Source: Eledone cirrhosa (taxonomy: Eukaryota). From it: a stretch of DNA of 64,000 bases. Of the stretch, positions 1 to 12,585 are shown in pieces (within the stretch, counting starts at the first letter, position 1; every line of letters begins with the position of its first letter). A model generated the notes under the pieces. That model saw nothing but the letters and a program-made list of their open reading frames with translations, did no database searches and was not told where the DNA came from. The stretch lies in NCBI GenBank assembly GCA_964016885.1, contig OZ024751.1:18042001-18106000 (forward strand). Reading direction: 5' to 3'. The position numbers and the translations under genes are program-made.

Positions 1-3000
1 GTGGTGGTGGTAGTAGTGGTTGTATGTGTTTTGTGGGAGGTGGTGGTAGTGGTAGTAGTAGTAGTGGTTGTATGTGTTTTGTGGGAGGTGGTGGATGTGG
101 TGGTGGTGGTGGTAGTAGTGGTTGTATGTGTTTTGTGGGAGGTGGTGGATGTGGTGGTGGTGGTGGTAGTAGTGGTTGTATGTGTTTTGTGGGAGGTGGT
201 GGATGTGGTGGTGGTGGTGGTAGTAGTGGTTGTATGTGTTTTTTGTGGGAGGTGGTGGATGGTGGTGGTGGTGGTGGTAGTGGTTGTATGTGTTTTGTGG
301 AGATGGTGGATGTGGTGGTGGTGGTGGTAGTAGTGGTTGTATGTGTTTTGTGGGAGATGGTGGATGTGGTGGTGGTAGTAGTGGTTGTATGTGTTTTGTG
401 GGAGGTGGTGGATGTGGTGGTGGTGGTGGTAGTAGTGGTTGTATGTGTTTTGTGGGAGGTGGTGGATGTGGTGGTGGTGGTGGTGGTAGTGGTTGTATGT
501 GTTTTGTGGGAGGTGGTGGATGTGGTGGTGGTGGTGGTGGTAGTGGTTGTATGTGTTTTGTGGGAGGTGGTGGATGTGGTGGTGGTAGTAGTGGTTGTAT
601 GTGTTTTGTGGGAGATGGTGGATGTGGTGGTGGTGGTGGTAGTAGTGGTTGTATGTGTTTTGTGGGAGATGGTGGATGTGGTGGTGGTAGTAGTGGTTGT
701 ATGTGTTTTGTGGGAGATGGTGGATGTGGTGGTGGTGGTGGTAGTAGTGGTCGTATGTGTTTTGTGGGAGATGGTGGATGTGGTGGTGGTAGTAGTGGTT
801 GTATGTGTTTTGTGGGAGGTGGTGGATGTGGTGGTGGTGGTGGTAGTAGTGGTTGTATGTGTTTTGTGGGAGGTGGTGGATGTGGTGGTGGTGGTGGTGG
901 TAGTGGTTGTATGTGTTTTGTGGGAGGTGGTGGATGTGGTGGTGGTGGTGGTAGTAGTGGTTGTATGTGTTTTGTGGGAGATGGTGGATGTGGTGGTGGT
1001 GGTGGTGGTGGTAGTAGTGGTTGTATGTGTTTTGTGGGAGATGGTGGATGTGGTGGTGGTAGTAGTGGTTGTATGTGTTTTGTGGGAGGTGGTGGATGTG
1101 GTGGTGGTGGTGGTAGTAGTGGTTGTATGTGTTTTCTGGGAGGTGGTGGATGTGGTGGTGGTGGTGGTAGTAGTGGTTGTATGTGTTTTGTGGGAGGTGG
1201 TGGATGTGGTGGTGGTGGTGGTAGTAGTGGTTGTATGTGTTTTGTGGGAGATGGTGGATGTGGTGGTGGTGGTGGTGGTGGTAGTAGTGGTTGTATGTGT
1301 TTTGTGGGAGATGGTGGATGTGGTGGTGGTAGTAGTAGTAGTGGTTGTATGTGTTTTGTGGGAGGTGGTGGTGGTGGTAGTAGTGGTTGTATGTGTTTTG
1401 TGGGAGATGGTGGATGTGGCGGTGGTAGTAGTGGTTGTATGTGTTTTGTGGGAAATGGTGGATGTGGCGGTGGTAGTAGTGGTTGTATGTGTTTTGTGGG
1501 AGATGGTGGATGTGGTGGTGGTAGTAGTGGTTGTATGTGTTTTGTGGGAGGTGGTGGATGTGGTGGTGGTGGTGGTAGTAGTGGTTGTATGTGTTTTGTG
1601 GGAGGTGGTGGATGTGGTGGTGGTGGTGGTAGTAGTGGTTGTATGTGTTTTGTGGGAGGTGGTGGTGGTGGTGGTGGTGGTAGTAGTGGTTGTATGTGTT
1701 TTGTGGGAGGTGGTGGATGGTGGTGGTGGTAGTAGTGGTTGTATGTGTTTTGTGGGAGATGGTGGATGTGGTGGTGGTAGTAGTGGTTGTATGTGTTTTG
1801 TGGGAGGTGGTGGATGTGGTGGTGGTGGTGGTAGTAGTGGTTGTATGTGTTTTGTGGGAGGTGGTGGATGGTGGTGGTGGTAGTAGTGGTTGTATGTGTT
1901 TTGTGGGAGGTGGTGGATGTGGCGGTGGTAGTAGTGGTTGTATGTGTTTTGTGGGAGATGGTGGATGTGGTAGTAGTGGTTGTATGTGTTTTGTGGGAGG
2001 TGGTGGATGTGGTGGTGGTGGTGGTAGTAGTGGTTGTATGTGTTTTTTGTGGGAGGTGGTGGATGGTGGTAGTGGTGGTGGTAGTGGTTGTATGTGTTTT
2101 GTGGGAGGTGGTGGATGTGGTGGTGGTGGTGGTAGTAGTGGTTGTATGTGTTTTGTGGGAGGTGATGGATGTGGTGGTGGTGGTGGTAGTAGTGGTTGTA
2201 TGTGTTTTGTGGGAGGTGGTGGTTGTGGTGGTGGTGGTGGTAGTAGAGGTTGTATGTGTTTTGTGGGAGGTGGTGGATGTGGTGGTGGTGGTGGTAGTAG
2301 TGGTTGTATGTGTTTTTTGTGGGAGGTGGTGGATGGTGGTAGTGGTGGTGGTAGTGGTTGTATGTGTTTTGTGGGAGGTGGTGGATGTGGTGGTGGTGGT
2401 GGTAGTAGTGGTTGTATGTGTTTTGTGGGAGGTGGTGGATGTGGTGGTGGTGGTGGTGGTAGTAGTGGTTGTATGTGTTTTGTGGGAGGTGGTGGTTGTG
2501 GTGTTGGTGGTGGTAGTAGTGGTTGTATGTGTTTTGTGGGAGATGTTGGATGTGGTAGTAGTGGTTGTATGTGTTTTGTGGGAGGTGGTGGATGTGGTGG
2601 TGGTGGTGGTAGTAGTGGTTGTATGTGTTTTGTGGGAGATGGTGGATGTGGTGGTGGTGGTGGTAGTAGTGGTTGTATGTGTTTTGTGGGAGGTGGTGGA
2701 TGTGGTGGTGGTGGTGGTAGTAGTGGTTGTATGTGTTTTGTGGGAGGTGGTGGTAGTGGTAGTAGTAGTAGTGGTTGTATGTGTTTTGTGGGAGGTGGTG
2801 GATGTGGTGGTGGTGGTGGTAGTAGTGGTTGTATGTGTTTTGTGGGAGGTGGTGGATGTGGTGGTGGTGGTGGTAGTAGTGGTTGTATGTGTTTTGTGGG
2901 AGGTGGTGGATGTGGTGGTGGTGGTGGTAGTAGTGGTTGTATGTGTTTTTTGTGGGAGGTGGTGGATGGTGGTGGTGGTGGTGGTAGTGGTTGTATGTGT

Positions 3001-3816
3001 TTTGTGGGAGGTGGTGGATGGTGGTAGTAGTAGTAGTGGTTGTATGTTTTGCGGGAGGTGGTGGATGGGGGTGGTGGTGGTAGTAGTGGTTGTATGTGTT
3101 TTGTGGGAGGTGGTGGATGGTGGTAGTAGTAGTAGTAGTAGTGGTTGTATGTGTTTTGCGGGAGGTGGTGGATGGGGGTGGTGGTGGTAGTAGTGGTTGT
3201 ATGTGTTTTTTGTGGGAGGTGGTGGATGGTGGTGGTGGTGGTGGTGGTAGTAGTGGTTGTATGTGTTTTGTGGGAGGTGGTGGATGTGGTGGTGGTGGTG
3301 GTAGTAGTGGTTGTATGTGTTTTGTGGGAGGTGGTGGATGTGGTGGTGGTGGTGGTAGTAGTGGTTGTATGTGTTTTTTGTGGGAGGTGGTGGATGGTGG
3401 TGGTGGTGGTGGTGGTAGTAGTGGTTGTATGTGTTTTGTGGGAGGTGGTGGATGTGGTGGTGGTGGTGGTAGTAGTGGTTGTATGTGTTTTGTGGGAGGT
3501 GCTGGATGTGGTGGTGGTGGTGGTAGTAGTGGTTGTATGTGTTTTGTGGGAGGTGGTGGTTGTGGTGGTGGTGGTGGTAGTAGTGGTTGTATGTGTTTTG
3601 TGGGAGGTGGTGGATGTGGTGGTGGTGGTGGTAGTAGTGGTTGTATGTGTTTTTTGTGGGAGGTGGTGGATGGTGGTAGTGGTGGTGGTAGTGGTTGTAT
3701 GTGTTTTGTGGGAGGTGGTGGATGTGGTGGTGGTGGTGGTAGTAGTGGTTGTATGCGTTTTGTGGGAGGTGGTGGATGGCGGTAGTGGTGGTGGTGGTGG
3801 TGGTGGTGGTGGTGGT
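1..3816. repeat. G-rich tandem satellite, unit about 39-57 bp: GGTTGTATGTGTTTTGTGGGAG(G/A)TGGTGGATGT(GGT)nAGTAGT
   Basis: Unit repeats continuously from the window start. Length varies with (GGT)n copy number. The overlapping V-rich and G-rich ORFs are translations of this repeat. Confidence 0.97.
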
Positions 3817-4087
3817 AAGGCTGAAGAAGAACAAGAGAAGCAACATCAATAATAATAACATGAAAAAAGAAGATAGCAACAATTAGAACAACAACATCGA
3901 CTTCAACATCAACAAAGACGTGGGGAGGTGTTGATGGGTGTGTGTGGGTAAGGGCAAGGGGTGTGATGATAGGGGCACATTCGGAAGGGTGAGTCGGTGT
4001 AGTTATGGGGTAGAATTTGACTGAAGGTACGGGAAATTGACTGACAAGGAGCGTCTGTTGTCTATATTAGTTAGGAGGTAATGATGA

Positions 4088-4122
<35 letters not shown>

Positions 4123-4428
4123 ATGGTGGTGAGGGAAGAAACAGAAAAAGAAAAAGAAAAAGAAGAACAAGAAAAAGAAGACAAAGAAGAAAAAGAAGAA
4201 CAACAACAAATGACTGACTGAGAAACTGAAGACAGAGAGGGAGAGAGAGAGAGAGAGTAAGAGAGAAAGAGAATGGGTAGAAATAATATAGGGCAGAGTC
4301 GATTATATCGAATCTAGCATTTGATTGGTAATATATTTTATCGAATCCCGAAGGATCAATTTCGAAATAGTATTAGTAGTAGCAGTAGAAGAATTTGTAA
4401 CAGTAGAAGTTGTACTATGTAGTAAAAA

Positions 4429-4822
4429 TAATTGTTTCTACTTTTGGCACAAGGCCAGAAAAAATCCAGTGTATTACTGGTACTTTATTTTATCGACCCC
4501 TTAAGGATGAAAGGCAAAGTTACCCTCGGCGGGATTTGAACTCAGACCGTAAAGGACCGTAACTCGTTGCTGCAAAGCATGGCGTCTGACTTTACCGATT
4601 CTGCTAAACCACCGCCCTTATAATAATAAGTAATAATTGTTTCTACTTTTGGCACAAGGCCAGCTATTACCCAGTGCATTACTGGTACTTTATTTTATTG
4701 ACGCCGTAAGGATGAAAGGCAAAGTTCGCCTCGGTGGGATTTGAACTCAGAATGGCAAGGGGCGTAACTCTATGCTGCAAAGCATGGTGACCGACCCTCT
4801 ACCGATACCACCAATCCACCCG
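4429..4822 (-). mobile_element. Two adjacent copies of a tRNA-derived SINE (family 1)
   Basis: Minus strand shows an A-box-like TGGCAGWATCGG region, B box GAGTTCAAATCC, body GCCTTTCATCCTTACGGGGTCGATAAAATAAAGTACCAGT and tail GGCCTTGTGCC..AAGTAGAAACAATT. The same sequence recurs about 35 times in the window. Confidence 0.9.
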
Positions 4823-4949
4823 TTGTAATAATAGTAGTAAAATGTTATGGTGAAGTGTAGTTCGATTAAACCGAACCCAATTGCTAGAAACACATCTAAA
4901 ACACCTCTATTCTATGGTATAAAGAGGATCATTTTCAACTGTCTGTACT

Positions 4950-5680
4950 TCTATTGATTTCTGGTTTCTCACAAGACCAGCAAAACTTTTTTGGGGGGAA
5001 AGTGCAAAATTGATTAACTCAACATCAATACATGACTGTTATTTTAATTTATCGATTAAGGAAGGATGGAACGGATAGTAGGCTTCGGTGTGTGGGGGAG
5101 GAGGATTTGAATTCAACTTAAAGAGGCAGAACAAACAACACAGTTGAATTTTAATCGATAGTCTACCAATTGTATTAACCCACCATCCTTGTTTAATCAT
5201 ATATTAAAACCTTCCATCTTATTTTTTTTAGAAACATAATATTTATTAAGTAATGTTCAAAACATTAGCTTACTAATTAAAGAAATTGATAATTTTACTT
5301 GAATTTATTATAAATAGTGTGACAAAAACGTTTAGCAGAGTTGCAGTGCTGTGTTACGTAACCCCTGATAGAGTTGCAAAAACACCGTCGTTACATATGG
5401 TGTTTCCTGATCATTTTAAACCTGGTGGAGTTCATCCCCTCTCCAAGTTTCAACACAACGGATTTATTCCAGAAGAGGGCAAATGATAGAATGAAAGTGA
5501 GCAAGAGCTTAGAGGAAGAATCGACCTACTACTGGACTGGTATTTAATTTTATATCGACATCAAACTGATGAATAACAAAGATGAGCTCGACAGGATTTG
5601 AACTCAGAACACAAAGAGCCGGGAGTAATACAGCAAAGCATTCTCACCATCGTTTTCACGACTCAACCAATTAGCTGCCA
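4950..5680 (-). mobile_element. Diverged family-1 SINE remnants (about 4950-5190 and 5530-5680)
   Basis: Degenerate matches to GGATTTGAACTCAG and CTGGTA..TTTAT..ATCGAC motifs. Confidence 0.6.
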
Positions 5681-5992
5681 AATAACCAAGTGTAAAGAGG
5701 AACCGAAAGTAAAGTATCAAATGTTCGTATACGGTTGATCTCTTGGTACAGTGGAAAATATTATTGAACTAACGTTGACAATCTCAAACTGTGAAGAGAT
5801 TGTTAAAGTATGGTGTTTATTTCACACGCAGAAATCACCCCTAGGGATTCTTGGCGTGAATATACACACGTACACACTCACATACAAGTGTGTGGTGTAT
5901 ATATATTTATATATACATACCTATCTGTATGTATCGTATATATGTATAGAGAGAGAGAGAGTGTGTGTATTATAACACGTGTATCTATGTGC

Positions 5993-6089
<97 letters not shown>

Positions 6090-6402
6090 GAAAGTGTGTG
6101 TTATAACAGTTATAACACACGTGTGTGTGTATGTGTATTATATATATATAGTGAAGTTGGACTAATGATCATAATGTCGAGGGTTCGAATCACATGGTTG
6201 TGTTGAGTCATGAATAGAATATGTCATTTCCCGATTCCTCAGTCCACTAAACAGAAAATGAAGACCACCAGAAGTTACGGTTACCAATTTTATAGACTGG
6301 CGTCCTTTCCAGGGGGGGTTCTTGAACATTTACTAACACCGACGAAAAATGAAAACAATTATAATCACAGGCCTCACGAGCCTGTTGACTTTCGGCAGAC
6401 TT

Positions 6403-6450
<48 letters not shown>

Positions 6451-6455
<5 letters not shown>

Positions 6456-6643
6456 AACAAGTATGACCCCGACGGCAGAGCTCAAGCCATTTCGACGGCT
6501 ATTTCTGGCCTAGAAATAGCCGTCGAAACGGCTTGAGCTCTGTCGTCGGGGTCATACATGTTCCTATTACCCACTCTACTACCCAAAGTATTGAGTACTT
6601 AGTGCGTTATGGTCCATCTGGATCCTTACCACAATTCCTTCGT

Positions 6644-6645
<2 letters not shown>
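6451..6645 (+). mobile_element. Family A fold-back element with the 3' half of a hammerhead (PLE terminal-repeat-like)
   Basis: Inverted arms 6451-6506 and 6512-6567, then a unique tail, flanked by (TA)n on both sides. GAAA-CGGC..GCCG-TC forms stem III with a GUC site. Five more copies occur in the window. Confidence 0.8.
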
Positions 6646-6676
<31 letters not shown>

Positions 6677-6749
6677 GTAGACATTACAATACAATAGAAG
6701 AGAACATAATAGTGTTGATGTTGCAGATGTGCAACGAAAGAACTTTGAT

Positions 6750-6802
<53 letters not shown>

Positions 6803-6803
6803 G

Positions 6804-6955
6804 TATTTTTAACTGCTGGTCAGTCAATGATAAACATTGATTGCCAAATAAATTAACTATGGAGATATAAAAGATACAGAAACGAAAACCAGCCAAACAG
6901 TGAGTGTGCTCTGTTATTATTTCTGGCAATATTACAACAATATAACCCTCCCCAA

Positions 6956-6960
<5 letters not shown>
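6804..6960 (+). mobile_element. Family C (TA)n-flanked short repeat
   Basis: Similar to 20446-20530 (-), 24731-24897 (-) and 25019-25180 (+); ends CCTCCCCAAGTATA. Confidence 0.7.
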
Positions 6961-7020
<60 letters not shown>

Positions 7021-7022
<2 letters not shown>

Positions 7023-7285
7023 ATTAGAAAGTGAACAACACGATATATAACTATCCCATTACCAAAGGTTTCAGGACCCTAGAAAATATTAACATATGTC
7101 TAGGTCTCTCATCCCTCTTTCTGATAAGCGGCCTAGACGTATGTTAATATTGTCTAGGGCCCTGAAACCTTTGGCAATGGAGTAAATGGTGTAATTATAT
7201 ATGTTGTTCACTTTCTAATTAAATAGCTCTCTTTTATACATAGAGCACTCTTTTTTCCTTTGCTTTTTCTTCGGAAATACTTAAA

Positions 7286-7286
<1 letters not shown>
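7021..7286 (+). mobile_element. Family B fold-back element with hammerhead-like core (CTGATAA..GAAACC)
   Basis: Inverted arms about 7021-7105 and 7131-7221, tail ending in (CA)n/(TA)n; relatives at 19704, 41510 and 50449. Confidence 0.75.
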
Positions 7287-7355
<69 letters not shown>

Positions 7356-7430
7356 TTATTAATATAACAGATTAAAGTTTAAGCAAAGAATCGCTGCTTT
7401 CAGCCCTAACGGGATCTTCTGAAACTCACA

Positions 7431-7792
7431 CTCACAGCCTTCTTTAAAGGCTTCAACCTCTCTATACAGGTTGAGGCCAACCTCTGGGTCGTTAATTACC
7501 TCGACGTTACCCTCAATTTATCGAATGGCTTGTATTACCCGTATAGAAGGCCGAATGATACGCTTAATTACATAAGTAAGCATTCCAACCATCCTGCCAG
7601 CATAAGCAAGAACCTGGTAAGAAACGTTTCGTTGAGGCTTTCCCGTCTATCTACTAACGAGCATATTTTCAACGACCATACCACTTATTACAATGAAGCT
7701 CTTGCTCGGAGTGGATTTGTCGATAAGGTAGCATATACAGAGTACGAGAATAGACCTAGAAGAAATAGATCCCGTCGCATTATATGTTATAA
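7431..7792 (+). pseudogene. Penelope-like RT C-terminal (motif 7/thumb/linker) fragment, probably Naiad-like
   Basis: Open frame FFKGFNLSIQVEANLWVVNYLDVTLNLSNGLYYPYRRPNDTLNYISKHSNHPASISKNL..RLSRLS..YYNEALARSGF..RRIICYN matches the PLE pattern FLDVT..Y.KP..Y..SNHP. The clade assignment is from memory and not searched. Confidence 0.85.
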
Positions 7793-7885
7793 CGTTTCCA
7801 CGAACCAAAGTATCGTCTTCCTGTCTTCCTCCGGTTGCAACGTTTTTAGAAATATCCACTTCTACGTTTACAGATTGACTTTGTT

Positions 7886-7936
7886 AGTTTCAGAAGATCC
7901 CGTTAAGGGTGAAAGCAGCGATTCTTTGCTTAAACT
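7886..7936 (+). ncRNA. Type I hammerhead-like motif with variant core CAGAAGA (family G)
   Basis: Stem I AGTTT/AAACT, stem II CCC-gttaa-GGG, GAAA, stem III AGCA/TGCT, CUU site. Also on the minus strand at 7376-7426 and 13820-13870. Confidence 0.7.
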
Positions 7937-8225
7937 TTAATCTGTTATTTGAATAAATATTTGCTCTATGGTTCTTATATATTTGATATATATTTATCCT
8001 TATCGAGCCCTCTTTGGATTTTAGTCTTCAAATTTATTATTATTACTATATATATATATATATATATATATAATACATTAACTGAGAAAGATTTAAGCAA
8101 TACTCCGACCGACATTCATCTCACTCAGCAAACATTAGGATAAACCTGAGTATAACCCTAATTATATTTTGGGGGTGCTAACTGTATTATATTTTGCAGA
8201 TAGCCGGCTGTATTATTTTATATGA

Positions 8226-8325
<100 letters not shown>

Positions 8326-8419
8326 ACATGCAGACATCGAGAGATATATAAAAACGTACATATTTAAGAGAGTGTGTGGTTTTGAATATGCAATGAATAC
8401 CAGATTTTAACAATTTCTA

Positions 8420-8683
8420 ACTCCTGTTTGAAAGCATTGGTGTTAATTCCAGCTGGACACACGTCGGTCACTATGTCACCATCGTGTTGCCCAGAATACG
8501 ATACCCTTTTCATCACACTGGGGACTTTTTGTTGTTGGAATTTTTTGATTTTGTTTTTACACATTTCTATCTTCGTTATAACCTTTTTACACGGCCAAAA
8601 CCCACTTTGTATCGTCCTCTGCCGTTCTGTGCCATCTGTAATGTTTTTCTTTCATGTTAACCCTTGTGGCCAATAAAAAAAAT
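8420..8683 (+). mobile_element. Possible 3' end of a poly(A)-type LINE
   Basis: Ends AACCCTTGTGGCCAATAAAAAAAA (AATAAA merged into an A tail); no coding motif recognised. Confidence 0.3.
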
Positions 8684-8695
8684 CACCACCACCAC

Positions 8696-8728
<33 letters not shown>

Positions 8729-9474
8729 CTTCATCTTCCCAAATGACAAACAGGCAGCACCACCTGGAATAACTCTTGTTGTTCCTTTGCTCTTTCTTTT
8801 TTTTATCTGAGTTCAATACCCCTAACGTCTGCTCCTCGCCGCTACCACCTCAACCCCAACCACCAGTAAATGTTTTCTTAACAACGAAAGTCCTGCTCTA
8901 AAGTTTATCCAGAAAACATCATTGTTTGTCTTTCGGTGTTCTTTAGTTAAGTTATGTTAACTGATCTTGTAGGTCTTGGGTCTGGTTGGTTAAGGTCGGG
9001 ATGTTAGGGTTGAGCTAAACTGGGCTCGGCTTTCTTTCTTTTTCTTGTTTATTTTTCTTTCTTTCCTTTTTTCCTTATATCTTTCTTTTCATCTTTTTCT
9101 TCCTTTCTTTCTTTATCTTCTGTCTCTATTTTTATTTTTATTTATTTCTCGCAGATTTTCTTCTTGGTTTCTTTCTTTCCAGTCTTTTTCATTCCTTCTT
9201 CAAATCTTAACATCCTGTACCACATGAAACCACATTAATAAGATATTCTTCAAAAGTGCAGTACTACACCTTTATCACATTAAAACTTGACACCTTTTTA
9301 AAAAATATAGCACATTTTTACAATGATCTGTCCACCATGAAATATATTATAAACATATCTCCAAACTATTTTCTGCTGAATCATTGAAGAATGTTAAGAA
9401 TAAATTAACCCTGTCTGTTTCCTCTGCACAGTGTATGTAGCTATCACTCTTAACTATACTTATTCAGATGTGCA

Positions 9475-9630
9475 GGCAGCGAATTGGTGGAGTCGTTAGA
9501 ACGTCGGATAGAATGCTTACATGGTATTTATTCCGGCTCTCTGCTCTGAGTTCAAATCCAATCGAGGTCAACTTTGCTTTTCATCCTTTCGAGGTCGATA
9601 ACAAAAGGTACTAGTCTAGCACTGGGCTCG
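9475..9630 (+). mobile_element. Diverged family-1 SINE
   Basis: GAGTTCAAATCC..GAGGTCAACTTTGCTTTTCATCCTTTCGAGGTCGATA. Confidence 0.75.
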
Positions 9631-9844
9631 ATTCTTACTCTCTCTGGAAGAAATCTGCTGTACTCAGGCCTAGAGACAGGTATGGTCCGCTAGGCTTGAA
9701 GTACCTAAGAAACGCCGTATGTCAATACGGTGCCCCTACGACTCTAAGGACCATGCAAGCATTCAGATGTACACCATTTTCATACTAACCACTGATACAT
9801 TAACTACACTCAACTAGACATACTACACTCTTATATTTTAACTA

Positions 9845-10650
9845 AAAACACCTGATTTTGTTCTATTCTATTTTACGTGAGGTTTATATTTACCAGTGTC
9901 GAGATCCAAAGTGTGGTCTAATATGTTGATCATACATATATTGAGGTTTAACTAATCTAAGGAATGATCATTTCTGTGAGGCTAGACTGCAACACAATCA
10001 ACGCTATATATTTCGTATCTAACGTTATGAATTTTGTTAATAGTCTATCCCAAATGTATAAGTATTTGAGATCAAATACCTCAGCACTGGCGTAAATAAC
10101 TACCTATACAAACATCAAATGGATCATTCATGCTTTTCACCAATAAAATTTCGTTAACGCAAAGCAGACATTTTCTAGCGTGCATGATTATTTCGGCAAC
10201 ATTTCTACTGATGTTGCTCCATTTGTTATCAAATTCTCATACCCTCCCTGCTTAGAAGTAGCTAGGAGATTGAGTGATATATCTCAACAATGTCGAATTA
10301 AGTTAACTTGCAGCTACATTTGCTCTTGATATTATTAAACCAGCCATCTACAGCGCTGCTGTTGTATTATTGTCGCAAGTTAATGGTTTTCCTAATATTG
10401 TCATTGATATTATAAACGTATGCTTGCTGACCATACCAAGTTCACACTTTGCAGGATTTGTCAGCCAGCATTTGGGGATTGCTGTAAAATGTTGCTAATG
10501 GTCTTTGAAGTAATGTATGCTTCGCGCTTCGTTAAATAATCTATCCTCTTATTTAATTTTAGTCCAGCTGCTATGCTTTTAGCTTCCTTGTTGATATCTA
10601 CGGAGTAGGTAGTGATGTTAACTGTCGTATATATTCATCTAAAATTGTTT
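9845..10650 (-). pseudogene. Degraded Penelope-like reverse transcriptase
   Basis: Minus-strand peptides in the expected order, with frameshifts and stops: AYIT..KDH..LTNPAKCELGMVSKHT, then YSVDCVAV (degenerate Y.DD position), then NILDHTLDLDTGKYKPHVK. Confidence 0.75.
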
Positions 10651-10772
10651 ATAACGCTAGTTAGCTATATAGCTGAATATAGATTTATCGTTATGTGTAT
10701 ATATGAGGGTTTATATATATAAGTATGCACGTAAGTATTGCATATATATGACATGATCACACACACACACAC

Positions 10773-10810
<38 letters not shown>

Positions 10811-10814
<4 letters not shown>

Positions 10815-10993
10815 GTTTCTACTTTAGGCACAATGCCAGCTATTACCCAGTGCATTACTGGTACTTTATTTTATCAACCCCGTAAGGATGAAAGGCAAAG
10901 TCAACCTCGGCGGGATTTGAACTCAGATCGTAAAGGGACGTAACTATGCTGGAAAGCATGGCGTCCGACCCTCTACCGATACTGCCAATCCAC
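10811..10993 (-). mobile_element. Family-1 SINE, near full length
   Basis: A/B boxes, body and tail match the other copies. Confidence 0.9.
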
Positions 10994-11121
10994 AATGTAT
11001 GTTCAGAACATGGGTTCTCTTCCAATCACGAAAATTAACCAACGCCCAGACACTTTAGATCTATAAATAATCAAGTGAGTCATGAATTCTGGCCCACCCT
11101 GTATATATATATATAATATTC

Positions 11122-11433
11122 AAAATATAAGAGATTGGCTGCTCGACCCCTAATGTCTTGAACCTTCAATACCACTACAGGTATTGAAGGTTCAAGATCT
11201 GAGGGGTATGTCGAACAGCCAATCTCTTATGTTTTATCTGATGATGGCGTACTTAAAAACCACAGTACCCTTGAAATATGTATAATAAAATATATATTTT
11301 TGTTATGAAAATTGTCATTTATTAATATTTTGAATATTATAGATACTCCAGATCAATTTTTGTTGAGTGCTTCTAATCTATTGTAAAATTGTATTCGTTG
11401 AATAATCAACGAATCATATAAACCTTTCGTTTT
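11122..11433 (+). mobile_element. Family E fold-back element with a complete hammerhead
   Basis: Hairpin about 11122-11235, hammerhead, 3' RCTC/GAGY hairpin at 11345-11370, (TA)n on both sides; relatives at about 52510-52690 and 59036-59230. Confidence 0.8.
11228..11294 (+). ncRNA. Minimal type I hammerhead ribozyme
   Basis: Stem I TATGTTTTAT/ATAAAATATA (10 bp), CTGATGA, stem II GG.GTAC/GTACCC, GAAA, self-complementary stem III ATATGTAT, AUA site. Confidence 0.85.
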
Positions 11434-12072
11434 ATATATATATATATATATATATGAACAACAATTTTGAGGTTTAAGAAAAATATTGAGAAACGGAAGA
11501 AGACCAATACAACAACAACAACAACAAATCAAGGAGGATCATTCAAGAACGATATGAAAACAGGATAACAACAATAATATCTATAGCACAAACAACAGCA
11601 ATAAACAAAACAACCACAACAACAATTACTAGAGAAATAAAGCAAAACAAACAACAACACACAGAATAAAGAATAAGAACAACAGTACCAACAATGAGCG
11701 ATATTTGCAAAGAGTTACATCCATGAAGGAAATCAGGTAGAGGAATATGAACTCCAATAACTAAAATAACAAAACCAACATCAACAATGATACAGGAAAT
11801 TTTGGTTAAATGAAACATATAAATGACGAAAAAATGCTTGCCCACCCCCCGAAATGATTCAAACAACCTTAGAAAATGGAATTACAACAATAGACAGCAA
11901 GAAAACACCAACAATAAATACCAACAATAATAACAATGACAAGCATAGCAACAAGGAGAGCAAGTAAGGAAAGCTTGGTTGGTCGGCCATAATTAGGGTG
12001 TAATAGGAAAATTGAAAGTTGTAGCCCTTAAGGGATGAGAAAAGTAGAGGGTAATTTAATGGTATTTCTTTA

Positions 12073-12286
12073 TTATATATACATATATATGTGTGTGTAC
12101 ATTGTGTGTATTATATACATACACTTATATATATATATATATACACATACATATATACATACATAAACAAACATATATACGCATACATAAGTACGAACAT
12201 ACATACACACCCATAGATATATATACATATATACATGCATACATAAATACATACATATACATACAGACATATATATACATATAGAC

Positions 12287-12321
<35 letters not shown>

Positions 12322-12548
12322 CAGACATGTATAAATATATATACATAGATATACATACATATACGTATAGACATGTATAAATATATATACATATATATAT
12401 ATATACATATACGTACAGAGATGTGCATATATAAATACAGACGTATATATATATATACATACAGACACGTATATATATATATATATATACATAAATGTAC
12501 ATACACATACAGACATGTATACATATGTATATATACAGACATATGTAC

Positions 12549-12585
<37 letters not shown>

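Larger units (their letters stand above)
7357..8047 (+). mobile_element. Truncated, internally deleted Penelope-like element: inverted partial terminal repeat, RT fragment, then terminal repeat (family G)
   Basis: 7357-7426 is the reverse complement of 7886-7955. RT-like coding lies at 7431-7792. Flanked by (TA)n on both sides. Confidence 0.85.

Noticed and set aside
24-3852. Long Val-rich and Gly/Cys-rich ORFs (up to 619 aa)
   Set aside because: Open in several frames because the satellite lacks stops. Frames swap at unit indels and there is no unique coding context.
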